Below, piece after piece: positions 1 through 10,540 of a stretch of DNA of 64,000 nucleotides (its first letter is position 1; the number at the start of each line of letters is the position of its first letter). Source of the DNA: Carpediemonas membranifera BICM. Its lineage: Eukaryota > Protista > Fornicata. The notes under the pieces are model-generated. The model was given only the letters and a program-made list of their open reading frames with translations. It ran no database searches and had not been told where the DNA came from. The DNA lies in contig JAHDYR010000007.1 of assembly GCA_019828565.1 (NCBI GenBank), positions 382,373 through 446,372 on the forward strand, written 5' to 3'. The position numbers were made by a program, and so were the translations under genes.

Positions 1-150
1 CGGTGGGAAAATGTGCAGAGACCCGGGAAAGACGTACCTCAGCCTCGTACGACAACGCTTCACGTTCAGAGGGCTCACAACGTCATTGTCATGGTTCCGC
101 AGTTTTGCCCCTAATGCCACGCGAAACGCACGCGAGCAACCGAAAAGAAG

Positions 151-2094
151 ATGGGTGTTGCTGGTTTGAACGGCTTCATCAGGTATGAAGTGGTGAAGGA
201 CGAAGAAATGCTCGCGAGGGACTCTAACTTCAAATCCACACTTATCGGCGATTTACCGCTGGACGAAAGCGTTGCCTTCCTCATTGACTGGCCCAATGCA
301 ATATTTTCCTTCTTAGACAATCTTTCAGCCATCACTAAGCTCGCTAATCGCCCCAGCTTCCCGTGTTTTACTCTGTCCGAGCTGGTATCAGAGACAAAAG
401 CGATGCTTGCACAGCTCGCAGGGCTTCCAAGCACCGTTATATTGTTCGATGACGGCTCAGCCAAGCCGCTGAAGTCTGTACTGAAGGACGCTGACGGCAA
501 CCTGGTCTCCAACAATCTGTTGTTCCCCTTCACCGAAGACGTCGTCGCCAACGGGGACCTCCTCACGCCCCTCCCCGGTACGGGCGAGAGGGGCCGACTA
601 CTGCACTCCGGGACGTTCCCCATCCGCTCCTACCTGATGGACATGACCCCCGAGCTGTGCATCGAGGCGGGCCTCGTCTACCGCTGCGACATCCTCCAGG
701 AGGCCGACACGATGATATGTCGGGCTGTGAAGGAGCTGATAGGTGAGGGAAAGACGCCCGTCATCGTCAGCGCCGACACGGACATGCATCTGGTGCACAC
801 TAAGGCCCACGTCATCGCCCAGGCGACCGATGTTTTCAGCCTCACCGCGGACACTGCCACCGTTCGCACTGTGCGGTTCATGAACTATCTCTTCATGTCC
901 AGGGTCGGCAAGAACGGGAGAAGTCCGAACTACAAGAGGCCAGCGGGATTCATGAACCTTAAGCTGCAAGCTGCCGTCGCTGCTGTTGTCGCGGGCAACG
1001 ACCAGAGCAAGACGATCGTCCGGGGCAAGAGATTCCTCAGCCCCGAACTGACTCGGCACAAGCAGCGGCCGTACGAGGTCATCGACCGCCCCACTGTACA
1101 CGAGGGGGCACAGTACAAGCGGCCCTTCATCACTGTGTTCCGGAGCCTGACCACCTGCAACTGGCTGGACATCGTGCGGGCCGAGGGGGTCGAGCAGGCC
1201 CTGCGGGACACCCTCCTCCTCAGCGGGTTCGACTGCCCCCCGCAGCTGACCGAGACCCGCAGTCTGAAGACCACCGAGGACCTGGTCAACTCGCTCAGTC
1301 CGCCCCTGTTCGCCCTGTTCGGCGGGGGCATCGAAGACTGCATGCTGGGCGATAGTCCCATCCGCTTCCACCCCACCGTCTGCACCCTCGCCAGGAACTT
1401 CGTCAGGGTGCTCTCAGGGGAGGCACCCGACTGCGGCAGGCACATTCGACTGTTCCAGACTCCTGTGCTGAGCTACCTCGGCGGGGCTGTGGATGACAAC
1501 GGCGCGACAGTCGACCGGGCATCCGTGGTCCGGGACTTCGCCGCTGCCGTGGGGCGTGTGGGCGGTCGGTTTGAGTCGTTTGACGACTCGGCCCATGACA
1601 AGAACCGGCTCTTCTCCGAGGACATGCCGTGGGCAGGCAGCTGCTCCATCGCCCGGGACGCCATCCTCGGCCTCATTATTACCAGTCACCTGACCGGCCA
1701 CGCCGAGGTGCTGGGATGGATCTGGGACGTCCTCGACTACGAGCTGCGAGACACGGTCGACCTGCTCGGGTGGGTCATGACTGTGGCGTTCCAGGCCGAC
1801 ACCATGTGCGCCAGTAAGGAAGCATTGACTGACAGCGAGACGAAGCTGGTGTCCGCGGCCGTCAGGAGGGCACGCCCCGGTATGCTCGAGGCGCGAGATC
1901 ACCTGACGAACGAGAACAAGCTGACCTTTGCTCTCGTCGAGGCTTCTTTCTGGGGGCTCGACCAGGTCGTCCACAATGTCCTGCAGGCCATGGTCGTTGC
2001 CGTGAACGCCATGAGGTGGCAGGGATACCCCGACGCCGTCCCGCAGTTCAACGAGGTCGCTGCAATCGTTGATGCTGTCGTGAGAACATTCTGA
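151..2094 (+). CDS. PIN-domain (XPG/FEN1/Asteroid/FAM120-like) nuclease-family protein
   Basis: N-terminal MGVAGL followed by acidic motifs FLIDW, LFDDG, EADTMI, SADTD and GND, in the order expected for the FEN/XPG-type PIN fold. Confidence 0.6.
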   Translation: MGVAGLNGFIRYEVVKDEEMLARDSNFKSTLIGDLPLDESVAFLIDWPNAIFSFLDNLSAITKLANRPSFPCFTLSELVSETKAMLAQLAGLPSTVILFDDGSAKPLKSVLKDADGNLVSNNLLFPFTEDVVANGDLLTPLPGTGERGRLLHSGTFPIRSYLMDMTPELCIEAGLVYRCDILQEADTMICRAVKELIGEGKTPVIVSADTDMHLVHTKAHVIAQATDVFSLTADTATVRTVRFMNYLFMSRVGKNGRSPNYKRPAGFMNLKLQAAVAAVVAGNDQSKTIVRGKRFLSPELTRHKQRPYEVIDRPTVHEGAQYKRPFITVFRSLTTCNWLDIVRAEGVEQALRDTLLLSGFDCPPQLTETRSLKTTEDLVNSLSPPLFALFGGGIEDCMLGDSPIRFHPTVCTLARNFVRVLSGEAPDCGRHIRLFQTPVLSYLGGAVDDNGATVDRASVVRDFAAAVGRVGGRFESFDDSAHDKNRLFSEDMPWAGSCSIARDAILGLIITSHLTGHAEVLGWIWDVLDYELRDTVDLLGWVMTVAFQADTMCASKEALTDSETKLVSAAVRRARPGMLEARDHLTNENKLTFALVEASFWGLDQVVHNVLQAMVVAVNAMRWQGYPDAVPQFNEVAAIVDAVVRTF

Positions 2095-2138
2095 CGTGAC
2101 TGCCGACTGTGTCACGAATTCTGCTCGACAATGCGGCC

Positions 2139-3928
2139 TCATTCAGCATTTACCACCTCTGGCCCGGGAACGGGGTCCTCCATCGTCCGCTCCAGAAGCA
2201 CCGCCAGCCCTTCCACGAGTAACGTCCTCCACCGCTCTGGGACGTTATCGGCGATCTTCCGGGCAATGGCCGAGAGCAACGGGCCGCGGACCTTCTCCCA
2301 CATCCTCCGCTGGAGCTCCCAGGCGTCTGAGACGAGGTCGGTGATGTCAGGGTCCTTTCTCGGGTTGTAAAGAGTGTCACCGAGGGCCCAGTCGACCTTG
2401 CCCTTGATCTCGTCAAGCTGCTTTACGAGGTCGTTGATGGTCTCCGTGATGAGGGGCGGGTAGATATGGATCGCGGTGAAGACGGCAGTCGCCCGGGTCC
2501 TCTTGCCCCAGCAGTCCCGCCGGAACTTCTGGTAGAACATGCTGTGGGCGACGCTCACGCTCAGATCCTTCCTCTGCTGCGGGGTCAGCCAGAGGTGGGC
2601 GGCCACCGCCTCGCGGTCCACGCCCTGGGGCGGCCTATACTGCGTGGAGTAGAACTCGTGACATTCGCCGGCCAGGCGAACAAACGTCTCCTGGTCCCAC
2701 CAGCGATAGTTCAAGGTCTGCAGGTCGTATAGCATCGCCTGCTGAACGTTGGCCAGCGTGTTGTTGAGCGCCAGGGCAATGCTGAGCATCTCGCTCATGA
2801 GCGTCTGACGCTCCTCGTCGCGGAGCTTGGGGAGGTAGGACTGGGTCAGGTCATTGAAGCGTCTGACGGTGCTGTCTCTGGCGTCCTTTGCATCGTGCTC
2901 CAGCGACGTGTGGCTGAGGCAAAGATCGCTCCTGAACTGCCGAATGCACACATTTCTCACGGACTCGACGACCGGCTTCTGCACGACGTAGCTGACCACC
3001 CGACTGTCAAGCTTGTTGATCTCGGCGAGCAGGTCGTCTGGGTCGAATTCAGCCAGGCTCTCGTGCTGGAAGCTGTAGCCCTCGGCGGTGCGGCAGTGGT
3101 CGAACAGAGGGCCCAGCTCATGCGGACTCGCCATGAACAGAGGCAGTAGGTCCTCGCGGATACTTCTGTTATACGCCGAGTTGTCTGCACCGGCGCCGTT
3201 GTTATACCTCGGTAGGAACGCAACGTCGACGATGAAGAAGTCGGCCAGCGTGGAGTTGCCGTTGGTGTCGTTGATCTCGGCCCAAAGTCTGTCAATGCGC
3301 GCTCTGACTTCGACGGCAACCTCCGCCTTCGCGTCTTCCCCGTCGAGGGAGTCGTGGAGCACGACGAGCAGTCGGGTTTTGCCAAGGTGGCCACCGGCAA
3401 CCCGGTTCTCGTGGAGGGACTCGCGAGTGATGGTGCGGAGGTTGGCGAAGAGCTGGCGGAGAAGCGGGTCGCCGTAGTTAGTGGCAACGTTGTGGGTATA
3501 CATGGAGAGCACGACGACAGAGGAGAGGAGGAAGGCCAGCAGGCCGTGTTGAAGGTCGGCGTTGAGGACGTCCCCGACGCCGGAGTTGGAGCCCTGGAAG
3601 TCCAAGAGCCGGAAGCCTCTGCCTTTCTGCTTCTTCCAAACAGGACATCTGCGTCTGCATGCCCTTGGTGGGATGATTGCGATCACAGTTCACATTGAAC
3701 CTGGATCCGAAGAGATTATTCGCCAGGAGGGAGGATCCGGTGCCGCGGGCGCCATAGAAGGAGACCACTGGAATGTCTCCAGCGAGGATCTTCTTGAGCT
3801 TTCGCTTGGAATCATTGTTTTCACTGAGTAACTGAGAGTGGTTGGACAAACAAATACACCTCGTTGCGCCCTTCCGCGTTTCTCTTAACGTTCGTAACGC
3901 GTATGCTGTGTTTGTGTAGGACTCTCAT
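2139..3928 (-). CDS. Divergent Sey1/RHD3/atlastin-like large GTPase (degenerate P-loop)
   Basis: ATG at 3928; 28-nt GT-AG intron at 3832-3859; motifs VVSFYGARGTGSSLLANNLF, TKG, LLDFQG, VLHD, then a helical C-terminus. The frame changes near 3619-3650 (a possible 28-nt intron at 3619-3646, or an indel). Confidence 0.6.
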
Positions 3929-4297
3929 CTGCTTTCACACATGTCACTTGGCCCCAGCTCCTGTGACATTACATGAGTTATGTCCGCCCATGAATAACAA
4001 ATCAGAGCACCCACACTGCACTGGCCAGCCGCGGGGTGTCTCTGAGGCTATGAGAGCAGCGCCTTCAGGGGCAGGCTGGGCAACGGTCTCGAGCTGTGAC
4101 CTGGTCGCAAGATGGCGTGTCCCTCGAGTTGAAGAGAATTTGGCCGGAGCATGAGAACTCGGCCTTCGACTGGCAACACTGACGTCCACTTGGACGTCAG
4201 TACGATGGGGTGAGACCGTCGCTGTGGGAAGCACGTTGAGTGCGTGGCTAAGCTGCACCTCACACTTAAAAGAGCACCACTTCTCCAATCACTTCTG

Positions 4298-4450
4298 ATG
4301 GGAAACGCAGCTCAGTACAACATCGCAGATCAGTCTCCGCGCCCTATTGAGAGCGGGCCTCCTCTTTCCAAGTTTGTAACCGCTGATGGCAAGAAACAAC
4401 AGTACAAGTTCAGCGCCAGTGTCACCAAGCACGTCTCCGGCGAGTTCTAA
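4298..4450 (+). CDS. 50-aa MG-start microprotein (MGNAAQ...HVSGEF)
   Basis: Host-like codon usage; ATAAA at 4457-4461; shares both ends with its neighbour at 4665-4820. Confidence 0.65.
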   Translation: MGNAAQYNIADQSPRPIESGPPLSKFVTADGKKQQYKFSASVTKHVSGEF

Positions 4451-4664
4451 CGAACCATAAAGCCTCTAGTTGCCACTGGCTGCAGATTCATGAGATTTCC
4501 AGCGAGCGTCTCATATTTGGATCCAATTTGGGTGGCGTCCGACAGCTTCACCATTGCTGCTGCGGGATCCTCCCCACACGGGCTAGCTCGTCACACGTGC
4601 CCGCGGTGGTGGTTATCTCAAAACGCAGTTTAGCCAGCATTACATTTTCAGACGCAGAAGACTC

Positions 4665-4820
4665 ATGGGCAACACAGCTGTTGGTGGAAATCCGTCGGCA
4701 ATGACTCCTACTAATCCTCCTAGCGAGCTCCCTGGTTGCCAGGGCAATCACACCGTCCAGGCTCGTGTGGATACGATCGGGGCTGGTATGGGCTTCATTA
4801 AGCGCTCCGGTGAGTTCTAA
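4665..4820 (+). CDS. 51-aa MG-start microprotein (MGNTAV...KRSGEF)
   Basis: Hand-translated ORF, absent from the track; identical SGEF* end with a synonymous Gly codon change relative to the 4298 gene; GTAAA at 4835-4839. Confidence 0.65.
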   Translation: MGNTAVGGNPSAMTPTNPPSELPGCQGNHTVQARVDTIGAGMGFIKRSGEF

Positions 4821-5160
4821 TTCGTAGTGAAGAGGTAAAGCACGATAGTTTGTGCGCAGTGGCAGCCTTTCCCGCCCTGTGACGACTGGCGTAGCACCGC
4901 TCTGCGCTGGGCTCCTCTCTCGGTCCTGCTCGGTCTCCCAGACGCCCCAGCCCAGCAGCGTCCCCGTCGCTCTCGCCCCCTCAAGTGTATCACCTGGCAT
5001 TTCCCGGCCTGCTCCGTGCTGCCTCTGCCGCACGCCTGGACAACTGCCAGTGCTCTCATGAGCCCACCTTGCAACGCCCATTGCGTCATGCGTAGGTGCA
5101 CAACGCCTGTGGTGCCGGCTTTGGGTCATCTGAACATCAATGGTCTTTACCTGGCTGCCA

Positions 5161-5373
5161 TCACTGGTGGGCGGCATATTCCTTCACAGCCGCCAATGCT
5201 GCCCTGCGTGCTATTTTCTCAACGTCATCGGCGGGATCGTGGCATGGCTCCCCCTTTTTACCCGCGGCATAGTCAAGAAGGCGATCAGCTCCGGTGCCGC
5301 ACGCTCTAATAATCATTTCGGCAGCAACTGCCGTGCCAATGATGGAAAGTATGCTCCTGTACGCTTGTGTCAT
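5161..5373 (-). CDS. 70-aa small protein with N-terminal hydrophobic segment and DVEKIARRAA helix
   Basis: Same layout as 5658-5927 and 37231-37497; GTAAA just after the stop on the minus strand. Confidence 0.5.
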   Translation of the reverse strand: MTQAYRSILSIIGTAVAAEMIIRACGTGADRLLDYAAGKKGEPCHDPADDVEKIARRAALAAVKEYAAHQ

Positions 5374-5657
5374 CGCCTGTTCGTTGTTTTCGTCAATAAG
5401 GCCAGTGTCACGGGCGCTGTCACAGAAACTGCAATCAGATGATTGGCTCCCAGTGCTGTTTCGCCGCACTGCAGCGGTCGCATGGCCCTGGTGACACGGC
5501 CTGTATAGCACTACGAGCACGAGCTAGCTTGCCATCACTCGGTGCGGGTCTGAGCGTCCGATGGAGAGTGACACCGCCACTCATTGAACCCACTAGAGGC
5601 CCGTCACACGTCACCCACTCCGTCGAAACAGTCTTTATCACGCAACCCCGCGCTGGC

Positions 5658-5927
5658 CTATCCCGTGGCCTCACGGTCATGCTCTGCCATCTCTGCTACT
5701 ATCTCAGCTGCTTTGTGCTTGGCGAACGCTCTAAGCTGGTCTTCCGTCATATCCTCGAGGTATTGTTTCCCTGGCGGCGATGTCACTTTCTCGTTCGCCT
5801 TTACGCTCTTCTTCTTGCGGGATGTGATGAAATTGAAGACAATGAGCATGTATTTCTCCGCAATTGAACCGACAACAAAACTAGCACTGAGCCCAACAAC
5901 CCACACAGCAACTCTCGAAGGAGACAT
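5658..5927 (-). CDS. 89-aa small single-pass membrane protein
   Basis: N-terminal TM (VAVWVVGLSASFVVGSIA), basic patch, C-terminal charged helix; ATAAA downstream. Confidence 0.55.
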   Translation of the reverse strand: MSPSRVAVWVVGLSASFVVGSIAEKYMLIVFNFITSRKKKSVKANEKVTSPPGKQYLEDMTEDQLRAFAKHKAAEIVAEMAEHDREATG

Positions 5928-6133
5928 TCCTCTTCTGCCCTCTGTTGGCGTGTCACAGGACCATGCTACTGTGACAATGAGCGAGATGACCACGGACTAC
6001 ACCACCTTACCTTACAGGACTACAGTGACATCGCCCCGGCACCGTTGTGCCCACTGACGTTGGATAAAGTGTGATGCTTGCTATTTATGGGACCGCGTTA
6101 TGTATATATGTATATCGTCCCAGTCCTGCCCCC

Positions 6134-7762
6134 CTATGTACACAAGACCAGCGGCTTGACGTCCTCAGCGACAAACCAGGCCGGCGTCTTCCTCCGCATC
6201 GGTGCGGGCGTTCTCACCTCCTTCTCATCACTGCCGAGCACGGTGTCGCCCGCTGCCGGGTCGTTTTGGCCCATCACGAGCCATGTGCCGTCCGCCAAGC
6301 CGAGCCACAGCGCGGCCATGAACCACCGCACGCGTGTGACCTCTCCCGGCACACTGGCCTCGAGTATGGCGTCCGACTCGGCCGCAGAGTCAAAGTTGCA
6401 CTCCGGCAGGAGGCAGAGGGACTCTGTCCGGTCGGCCCGGACGACGATGGTGAACTCGAAGACAGAGGCGAGCCCGATAAACAGACGCTTGCATGGGAAG
6501 GGCAGGGCCAGCTTCTCGGGGATCGGGCTCTCGCGTTGGGTTACGAGCAAGTGCCTGAGACTGTCGCTCGGTCGGCCCGATAGGTAGGTAGTCCCGTTCG
6601 CTGCGAACAGGGAGAAATCGTGGAAGATACGGACGTCGTCGACCGGGAGGCCGATCTTAGTAAACTTCTCGGCGAAAAAGCACGGGCCAATCCCGAGCCG
6701 CCCCGAAGTGTTGTCGCCGACGACGACCGCCACACGCCTATGCCTGAGCACAGTGGCGCCGGCCCTGTCGATGACATACTTGGGGACGAACCGGGGGGGC
6801 AGGGGCACCGGGATGAAGAGCTTCGCGTCGGACAACTTGGGCCTCATGCGGGGCGAGTCGACGCCCGCCCCGAGGGAGTTCGAGTAGTTGAGCCCGGCGA
6901 CGGCTACGCCAACCCTGGTGACGATGAACGTGTGGTACCGCCCCATTGCCACGTGGTGGATGGCCCTGCTCCGCTCCCACGGGCCGAATGTCCGCTCCAG
7001 GGCTGCGAGCTTGGGCGCCTCGGCGAACTCGACGCGGGTTGGGACGGAGGCGTCGGCATAGCCAATGCCCAGGGCGCCCGACGAGGAGTCGCCCCAAGCG
7101 TAGAGGCCCCGGGCTGTCTGGGCAATGACCCCTCCGACCTTGTTGGTGAAGATCTTCTGTACCGCGTGTACCTTGACTCTGCGGTATGTCGGGATCGTCT
7201 GCCCCAGACCGAGGCCCGTGAAGCCATACCAGTTGGCACCGCATGAAAAGACACGGCCGCCGTAGAGGCGGAGGGCGACGAGGCTGCGGAAAGTGGACCT
7301 CTCGGGGAATAGGTAGGTACACTTGCCGTTGCTGAGGGAGTCGGAGAGCGCCTTGAAGCACTGTCGCGAGAGGAACCAGAGGGGCCTCGTTTCAGCCGCG
7401 TAACCGGCCACGCCAGTGTTCGTGTCGTTGATGATGACCTCACTGGCGGCCAGGTCCGGGTCTGCTTCCGCTGCGAGGAGCAGGGCCCATATCGTATGGC
7501 TGGAAAGCTCAGGAAATGTGGGCGGTGGCGGAAGGAGAGGAGGGGCGGAAATCCTGTCCAGATCAACAACTTCAGATGAAATGGACGAAGAAAACGTGGA
7601 GCCCGTGCTGGAGAGATGGCATGAGAACTCGGCGGATGGAATCTCTCTCTTCTCGGCGACAATCTCCACCGACTGTGCAGCAGAAGAAACGGAGGACGGT
7701 GCACTTGAGGATGAATATCGGCGCTTAATGCGCTTTGGAATCAGCCTCGTTGCTATCACCAT
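6134..7762 (-). CDS. RCC1/BLIP-II-like beta-propeller repeat protein
   Basis: Repeats VFSCGANWYGFTGLG, LYAWGDSSSGALGIG, VAGLNYSNSLGAG, VVGDNTSGRLGIG. Confidence 0.75.
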   Translation of the reverse strand: MVIATRLIPKRIKRRYSSSSAPSSVSSAAQSVEIVAEKREIPSAEFSCHLSSTGSTFSSSISSEVVDLDRISAPPLLPPPPTFPELSSHTIWALLLAAEADPDLAASEVIINDTNTGVAGYAAETRPLWFLSRQCFKALSDSLSNGKCTYLFPERSTFRSLVALRLYGGRVFSCGANWYGFTGLGLGQTIPTYRRVKVHAVQKIFTNKVGGVIAQTARGLYAWGDSSSGALGIGYADASVPTRVEFAEAPKLAALERTFGPWERSRAIHHVAMGRYHTFIVTRVGVAVAGLNYSNSLGAGVDSPRMRPKLSDAKLFIPVPLPPRFVPKYVIDRAGATVLRHRRVAVVVGDNTSGRLGIGPCFFAEKFTKIGLPVDDVRIFHDFSLFAANGTTYLSGRPSDSLRHLLVTQRESPIPEKLALPFPCKRLFIGLASVFEFTIVVRADRTESLCLLPECNFDSAAESDAILEASVPGEVTRVRWFMAALWLGLADGTWLVMGQNDPAAGDTVLGSDEKEVRTPAPMRRKTPAWFVAEDVKPLVLCT

Positions 7763-7951
7763 CGGCTTTCCGAGGAGCCAAAGAAATGACGCAATCTTTT
7801 TTCCAGATCGCGCAGGATCCTGGAAGATTGTTTCATGCGAGATCTGTCTGTCACAAGAAGATCTATTCTCACAGTGCGGTGCGGCAAGTGTGCCGACCAG
7901 GGTGGGCCGGGGTGTGTCACGGGTCCGGGAACAACCATTTATAACACGGGA

Positions 7952-8746
7952 CTACCTCGAGAAAATGCTCATCAGCCGCTTTGCCCGCCTTACTGGACGC
8001 TGCGCCTTGATTACCCTGTTGAGCTGCCCCAGCCCGCCGAGCTGCTCCACGGTCTCCTTGAGGTGGGTCAGCTCGGTCGAGTACATCTCCTCCAGTGTCT
8101 TCGATGCTTCCTGCTCGGCATGGAGCTGCTGCTGGAGCAACTCGATGGTTTCTTTCGCAATAAGTGCCTGGCGTTTCCAGTCGGCGCCCGCGTCGGCCTC
8201 GTTCAACTGGTTTTGCAGGTCAAGGCTGCGTGTCAGCGTGTTCTTCCAAGCAGCGTGCATCTTCTCGGCCTCTTTCCTCGCCTCGTCGCGCTCGAGCTCC
8301 ATCTTCTTGTACCGCCCCTTGATTGACCGGAGCATCGACTCTGACTCCTGCACAGACGACAGCACGGACCTGTACTGGGCGATAAGGCTCGTCAGACGGT
8401 CCACCTGGCTCGTCTTGGCCCTCAGCTGGGTCGTCAAATCTTGGCAAATGGCATTGGCCGTGGCGGAAGCCTCACCGTTGGCGGCGGCCAGCTCTTCGGT
8501 TTTGCGGAGTTCGTTCGATAGGCGTTCGCGATCATCATCCATCGCCAATATCTCCTCCTCTAGTTGGGCAAGGCGCGCTTTGCGGACTGCACGGCGTACG
8601 CTCTTACTGCTGGAGCGCTTGTCGTTAAGAAATGCGATCAAATGTGCATGTGCTTCCTTTGGGGGAAGAGAAGAAAGCTCTTCAATGATCTGTTCGGACG
8701 CACGGACCATGAACAGTCTGGGCTTTGCATATTTCGCGTACTCCAC
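7952..8746 (-). CDS. Coiled-coil hypothetical protein
   Basis: 264-aa ORF with E/K/L/Q heptad-rich sequence. Confidence 0.7.
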   Translation of the reverse strand: MEYAKYAKPRLFMVRASEQIIEELSSLPPKEAHAHLIAFLNDKRSSSKSVRRAVRKARLAQLEEEILAMDDDRERLSNELRKTEELAAANGEASATANAICQDLTTQLRAKTSQVDRLTSLIAQYRSVLSSVQESESMLRSIKGRYKKMELERDEARKEAEKMHAAWKNTLTRSLDLQNQLNEADAGADWKRQALIAKETIELLQQQLHAEQEASKTLEEMYSTELTHLKETVEQLGGLGQLNRVIKAQRPVRRAKRLMSIFSR

Positions 8747-8921
8747 ATCTCACGAGATGTTGTGGCGTGGTCGGTGGAGTAACGTCTGAGATCCTACGCC
8801 GCGTTCCTGCAATTCACCTACATGTCGATTCAGTGCATGCCTAAACAAGACCTGTACTTGCCTCTCAGCAATCCAAGAGAGAGTTCGTAACAGTCGACTT
8901 TATCTAAAGCTCACTGGGTAT

Positions 8922-10044
8922 TCAGGCGGTGGGGCTGACCACGTCAACGACCGTCTCGATGGGTGGCACGCTCTCCTCGCCCTCCTCGCGGGTCTGCTTG
9001 TCGACCCACTCGGGCACGTCAGGCGTCGCGGGCGACCCGATCTCGAAGCTGTCCGCCGGTGGCGCCCTGAGCCCGGGTGTTGGGTGGGGCTGCTCGGGCT
9101 CCTGCAGCCGCATGCGCTCCTTCTTCGGGTAGTGCTTCAGGGCCGACTTGGCGATGCGGTGCACGCCGGTCAGCGGCCGATCGGGACACTCAACGCGCTT
9201 CCTCTCGGCAATGAACCGGTCGATATCGAGCACCTTTGACCCGCCGTATGTCGTGGGGATCTCGTCTGAGGTGAACAGCAGCCGGAACACATCGTACGAC
9301 CTCTTTCCGTCGATCTCGTCATACTGCCCGGGCTCTAGTGGTATGACGGCCTTGATGACGTACTTCAGCGATCGGCTCGGGTTACACACGATTACCGGAC
9401 CGCGGCCCCAGCGCGGGAACATGGTTTTCGTGACGGCGTGGTTACGGAACTCCGTGCGGATGGCCATGAGCAGGGCTGGCTTGGGCATGAACTGGCGCAG
9501 GTGTGCGTCCTTGCAGTCGAGGATGAGTGTGACAGGGGCGAGGCATGTGGGGTGCATCCTCTGGGTGATCTCGAGCAGGTATAGCCAGCTTATCTGTGTA
9601 AAGCAGCGGTACTGAACCTACCGTGCTGAAGTACATGCCGAGCTCCTTGTACTGAACGTCCTTGAGCCGGCACACGAACGTCGGAGACCCGTACTGGTTC
9701 ACACCGAGGGGGAGGAAGGCGAGCTGGCGCAGGCAGCTGGCGATCTTGTCAATGGTCAGGTCGTCCATCGCGTAGTCCTTGCGCATCGTGGCGGCACGAC
9801 GGAGGTGGTTGATCGTCTTCTTCAGCTTGAGCTTGTTGGCGCGGAGGTACCGTAGGAGGAAATAGTCAGGTTCGTCCGCGTAGTATGATGGGAGAAGGCT
9901 TGAAAGCTCGTCCCGGAGCTTGATCGTCAGGGAGGCCAGCTTCTCCTGCTCTGCGGGGGAAATATGGCTGAAGTTGCCGCTGTCCGTGCGATTCAGTGAC
10001 TTTTCGAGGCTTTCAAGCAAGCGCTGCTTCTCTTCGGTAAGCAT
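8922..10044 (-). CDS. Sec14/CRAL-TRIO lipid-binding protein
   Basis: CRAL-TRIO N motif DYFLLRYLRANK, then GVNQYGSP, ILDCKD and DEIPTTYGG; two ORFs joined by a 28-nt intron at 9594-9621 (GTAGGT...TTACACAG). Confidence 0.85.
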
Positions 10045-10540
10045 TCAGAGAGATTGTTTGCTCATTTCAGGTTCGCAGCTGAGTTGGGAGGATCTTGCTG
10101 CGAAGATGATGCATGAGATGACCGCCCTGGACTTGTCGACCCAAACGGAGCCAGGGCAGGTCATTGTCACGGCGGAAGGTACGTTGCTGACAGGGGCAAG
10201 CTCGGCAGGCCAGCCTTCAGGCTTCACGCGGCCAGCCGTTGGGCCGATGATGCGTTCCGGGGGGCGACTGCCTCGGGTTCTGAAGTGCTCGCCTGCAAGC
10301 CTCCTCTAGCGTCCTATCTCCGCCGCTGCCAACCATCCTCCATGTTTGGCTAACCTGCGAAAAGTGTCAGCATGATGAACTACGGTTGTAGGGGCAGAAA
10401 AAGCCTCAAAAGCGCAACAGGTGTTCACCCAGTTCGGATCCGGGACATTTCACCCCTGCATTCACCCAGCTTCGACCGGCCGAATCTCCCGGCAGCCTGA
10501 CAATCACAAACCATAACCCGGTCTTGGAGACATTTCCTCC

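Noticed and set aside
10373-10500. Box C/D snoRNA (ATGATGA ... CTGA)
   Set aside because: The boxes are short, with no clear terminal stem or recognisable rRNA guide; not supportable without a search
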